Part shown: piece after piece, positions 60,732-64,000 of the stretch
How the letters are laid out: the number at the start of each line of letters is the position of its first letter
Numbering within the stretch: the first letter of the stretch is position 1
NCBI GenBank assembly: GCA_945873305.1
Contig: CAMCCX010000002.1
Coordinates: forward strand, 10,797 to 74,796
Length of the DNA: 64,000 nucleotides
Direction of reading: 5' to 3'
DNA from: Akkermansia muciniphila
GTDB lineage: Bacteria; Verrucomicrobiota; Verrucomicrobiia; Verrucomicrobiales; Akkermansiaceae
The notes under the pieces: model-generated
What the model saw: only the letters and a program-made list of their open reading frames with translations
Databases searched by the model: none
Told to the model about the DNA's origin: nothing
Translations under genes and position numbers: made by a program

Positions 60732-62576
60732 TCAGTCGTTGATGAGTTGAAGGATGCGTTCGCGGATTTCGCTGACTTTGAAAGGGCGGCCCATGATTTT
60801 CGGCATGGAGATGGCATCTACCAGATAGCGCGCCCGCAGGATCATGCAGAGCTGGCCGGAGTTGAGTTCCGGGATGAGGACCTTGTCGAAGCCTTTGATC
60901 AAATCGCCGAGGTCGGGCGGCAGCGGGTTGAGGTAGCGGATGTTGGCGCTGCTGACCTCGAAGCATTCGAGCCGGAGCGACTCGACCGCCGAGGTGATGG
61001 CGCCGTGGGTGCCGCCCCAGCCGAGGACTAACAATTTACCGTTGCGTTCGCCGGTGACGTTGAGCGGCGGGATGCTCTTGGCCACGGCCTCGACCTTGGC
61101 GGCGCGCAGGCGGGTCATTTCGCTGTGGTTGAGCGAGTCGTAACTGATGCTTCCCTTGGTGTCCTTCTCGAGTCCGCCGAGGCGGTGCTCGAGCCCCGGC
61201 TGGCCGGGGATGGCCTGGGTGCGGGCGAGGGTTTCCGGATCGCGGGCGAAGGTGACGTAAGGCTTCGAGGGATCGGCGAAGGGCTTGGAAATTTCCGGCA
61301 GCGAGGCTTCGTCCGGCACTTTCCATGGTTCGGAACCGTTAGCCAGATAGCCGTCGCTGAGCAGGATGACGGGCGTCGAGTATTCGAGCGCGATGCGCAC
61401 CGCCTCGAAGGCGGCGCGGAAGCAGTCGGACGGGGAGTTCGCCGCGACGACCGGCAGCGGGCTCTCGCCATGGCGGCCGTAGAGCGCTTGCAGCAGGTCG
61501 GATTGCTCGGTCTTGGTCGGCAGTCCGGTGCTGGGTCCGCCGCGCTGGACGTTGACGATCACCAGCGGCAGCTCGGTGGAAATGGCGAGGCCGATGAACT
61601 CGCCCTTCAAACACATGCCCGGTCCGCTGGTGCCGGTGATGCCGATCTGGCCGGCGAAACTCGCGCCGAGCGCCACGCCGATGGCGGCGATTTCATCCTC
61701 CGCCTGCACGGTTTTCACGCCGAAGTGTTTGTAGCCTGCCAGAGTTTCGAGGATCGAGGACGCGGGCGTGATGGGATAGCCCGAGAATAACAAGTCGCGG
61801 CCGGCCTTTTTCGCGCCGGCGATCAAGCCGAGGGCGAGCGCCTCGTTGCCGGAAATTTTGCGGTAAGTGCCGGGCGAGACCTCCGCCCGCGCCACCATGT
61901 AACGGTTGCGGGTGGTCTCGGTGGTTTCGCCGAGGAAATAGCCGGCCTTGAGAACGCGGATGTTAGCCTCCGCGAGGGCGGGCGCTTTTTTGGCCCACTT
62001 GGAATTGATGTAGTCGATGGTCGGCTCTAGCGGACGGCCATAGACCCAGTAGGTGAAACCGAGGGCGAAGAAGTTCTTGGTCCGGAGTTTCTCCTTCATC
62101 GTGAGCGGGCTCTCCTTGAGCGACTCGACCGCCAAGCCGGTGATGTCGAGCGGGAGAACTTCGTATTTCTTCTGGAGCGCCGGGTCGTCTAGCGGATTCG
62201 ACGTGTAGCCGGCCATCGCCAGGTTTTCGGGGGTGAAGGCGGCGGAGTTGGCGATCAGCAGCCCGCCTTCTACCAGATCCATCAAGTGGACGGCGAGGGC
62301 GGCGGGGTTCATGGCCACCAGCGAGTCCGGCTCGTCGCCCGGCGTGAGCACGGTCACGCTGCCGAAGTGGACTTGGAACGCGGACACACCCGCGATGGTG
62401 CCGATCGGCGCGCGGATTTCCGCCGGATAATCCGGGAAAGTCGCGATGGCGTTGGGGACGGTGACGCTGGTGTCGGTGAAACGCTCGCCAACGATTTGCA
62501 TTCCGTCGCCGGAATCACCGGCGAAGCGGACTACCACGGATTTCATCTCGCGGAAGCCGCGGGTGGATGGGGTCAT
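60732..62576 (-). CDS. korA: 2-oxoacid:ferredoxin oxidoreductase alpha subunit
   Basis: FAGDSGDGMQ, YPITPAS, QAEDEIAA, QRGGPSTGLPT. Confidence 0.9.
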   Translation of the reverse strand: MTPSTRGFREMKSVVVRFAGDSGDGMQIVGERFTDTSVTVPNAIATFPDYPAEIRAPIGTIAGVSAFQVHFGSVTVLTPGDEPDSLVAMNPAALAVHLMDLVEGGLLIANSAAFTPENLAMAGYTSNPLDDPALQKKYEVLPLDITGLAVESLKESPLTMKEKLRTKNFFALGFTYWVYGRPLEPTIDYINSKWAKKAPALAEANIRVLKAGYFLGETTETTRNRYMVARAEVSPGTYRKISGNEALALGLIAGAKKAGRDLLFSGYPITPASSILETLAGYKHFGVKTVQAEDEIAAIGVALGASFAGQIGITGTSGPGMCLKGEFIGLAISTELPLVIVNVQRGGPSTGLPTKTEQSDLLQALYGRHGESPLPVVAANSPSDCFRAAFEAVRIALEYSTPVILLSDGYLANGSEPWKVPDEASLPEISKPFADPSKPYVTFARDPETLARTQAIPGQPGLEHRLGGLEKDTKGSISYDSLNHSEMTRLRAAKVEAVAKSIPPLNVTGERNGKLLVLGWGGTHGAITSAVESLRLECFEVSSANIRYLNPLPPDLGDLIKGFDKVLIPELNSGQLCMILRARYLVDAISMPKIMGRPFKVSEIRERILQLIND

Positions 62577-62652
62577 GGGTCTGGATGGATTTGAAGCTGA
62601 TCCAATTAAGAATCTGCCCCCCCGGGCGTCAATGGCGGATGTGGGTTGATGC

Positions 62653-62829
62653 TTACTTCGCTGTCGCCGCGGGCTTCCCGGTGAGCGCGGTGAAGGCGGC
62701 CCTGGCCATCTCGCCGGCGCCTTCGGCGTTGGGATGGACTCGGTCGGGGAGGAGCCGAGGCTGGTCGGCGAGGGCGGCGTGCATGTCGATGACGCCGAGT
62801 TTCATCTCCGCGGCGAGGGTGTCGATGCT
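62653..62829 (-). pseudogene. 3' fragment of an SGNH/GDSL hydrolase
   Basis: IDTLAAEMKLGVIDMHAAL...PDRVHPNAEGAGEMA (DxxH block V); upstream sequence lacks the GDS block. Confidence 0.7.
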
Positions 62830-63033
62830 TGAGCGCTTGCGGTCCGGAACGGAGCCCCGAAGGCGAGGCCCATGGCGATGGAATGCGGGTAAGAAATGTC
62901 CGGTCTGTGACAAGGGCCGTGGAGCAATCCGCAACGACATGGGCGATCTTGCATGAGGGAGGAGAATGCGTCTTTCAACCGAGGTCGCATCCTCCTTTCG
63001 GTCAGCACGGAAAACACCGAACTAACAAACATT

Positions 63034-64000
63034 ATGAAGACCAACGTAATCAGACTAAGGCAACTCGGCGGCGGCGTGGTTGCGGCCTTGTTGATATCCA
63101 GCCAGACGGCTCCTGCCGACAACTTGCCTGCCGGCGTGGCCTGGGGCAAAGTCGTCAACAATCAGAGCATCATTCCCGGCACCGAAGCGAAACCGTTCAA
63201 CAGCTACAACCAGCCGTCTTTGAATACGGCTGGCTATGTGGTGTTCCGGGCGCGTAGCAAGGGCCCGCAACCGGTGAGCGGCATCTACGCGAGGAACATG
63301 CTGGCAGCGGGCGAGACCATCCGGATTGCGGACCGCTCCACCAAGGTTCCCGCTCCGAACAACCTGGCCTCGGAATTCAACGAGTTCCCCTCGATTCCGC
63401 GGATTTCGATGACGTCTCAAACCATGGCCACGCGTGGAAATTCCCAGCCTGTCTGGACCTATCAGGTGGACGACACGGATACGAGAGTGGGCACCACCGG
63501 GATATTCCTTAATCCGGGCGGAACTCTCATCACTGGCGTCGGCTTGCTGGGGGCGGTCCCGTGGACGGAAGCTTCGGTGCTTGGGGTGGACTATTTTCCT
63601 TACATGGCGGTCCCCGGGGTGAGTCCGGTAACTCGCTTTGACGTCTTCCCCGGCTCCCCGGCACTTGCCGCTGGCGATTTGATCGTCTTCAAGGGGAACT
63701 ACACCGTGGCGGGAGAAGGAAAGACCGGGGTGTTTTTCCGTGATCCGGTCAGCGGCGACGGAGTCTTGCCCGTGCAGACGATCGCCAACAGCAGCACCGT
63801 GATTCCGAATCTTCCAACAGGTATCGCCGGTGTGCCCTTCGGTTCGACGGCTCCCCCGAGCGCGGCGGGAGGCCTGGCGGTGTTCGCCGGTTTCGATAAC
63901 GAGGGTTCACCGACCTACGGCGGGATTTATCTCGCGCCGCTCATTCCCACTCCCACACTCACCACCGTGGTCGGCATCGGCGATCCGGTCCCGGGTGAAA
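63034..64000 (+). CDS. Secreted beta-propeller-like protein (PEP-CTERM-associated type), runs off window end
   Basis: Manual translation from ATG 63034: MKTNVIRLRQLGG...FNSYNQPSLNTAGYVVFRAR...VFKGNY...GSTAPPSAAGG..VFAG; open to the window end. Confidence 0.7.
   Translation, partial: MKTNVIRLRQLGGGVVAALLISSQTAPADNLPAGVAWGKVVNNQSIIPGTEAKPFNSYNQPSLNTAGYVVFRARSKGPQPVSGIYARNMLAAGETIRIADRSTKVPAPNNLASEFNEFPSIPRISMTSQTMATRGNSQPVWTYQVDDTDTRVGTTGIFLNPGGTLITGVGLLGAVPWTEASVLGVDYFPYMAVPGVSPVTRFDVFPGSPALAAGDLIVFKGNYTVAGEGKTGVFFRDPVSGDGVLPVQTIANSSTVIPNLPTGIAGVPFGSTAPPSAAGGLAVFAGFDNEGSPTYGGIYLAPLIPTPTLTTVVGIGDPVPGE

Overview
GC-rich Verrucomicrobiota-type chromosome window (Luteolibacter/Akkermansiaceae-like, inferred from the PVC small basic protein, PVC-type heme proteins and verrucomicrobial secreted proteins). 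Most of it is housekeeping: DinG, LptF/G, pqiABC, DsbD, parE-like topoisomerase, trmB, comEC, queA, xth, acs, katG/oxyR, folC, 2-oxoacid:ferredoxin oxidoreductase. The accessory part is an integrase-free region downstream of the parE-like gene (about 19.5-33.9 kb). It is divided by two extra, diverged copies of the parE 3' end, and one copy is fused back-to-back to a trpB 3' end. The larger cassette looks like a phosphate-starvation module. It carries a giant secreted phosphatase/5'-nucleotidase, a single-polypeptide Agt-like glycosyltransferase + PlcP-like phospholipase C fusion, and a convergent uncharacterised protein whose motifs resemble GH67 alpha-glucuronidases. Together these suggest a reversible phospholipid/glycolipid remodelling system (inference). 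The smaller cassette has a DUF433/DUF5615 TA pair with a truncated toxin and a 12 x 22-bp iteron-like array. Also present: an IS4-family element, three copies of a double-hairpin REP-like repeat, and a large secreted multidomain gene with one in-frame TAG. No tRNA, rRNA or CRISPR array was seen. All assignments come from reading the sequence and recalled family motifs; no database searches were run.
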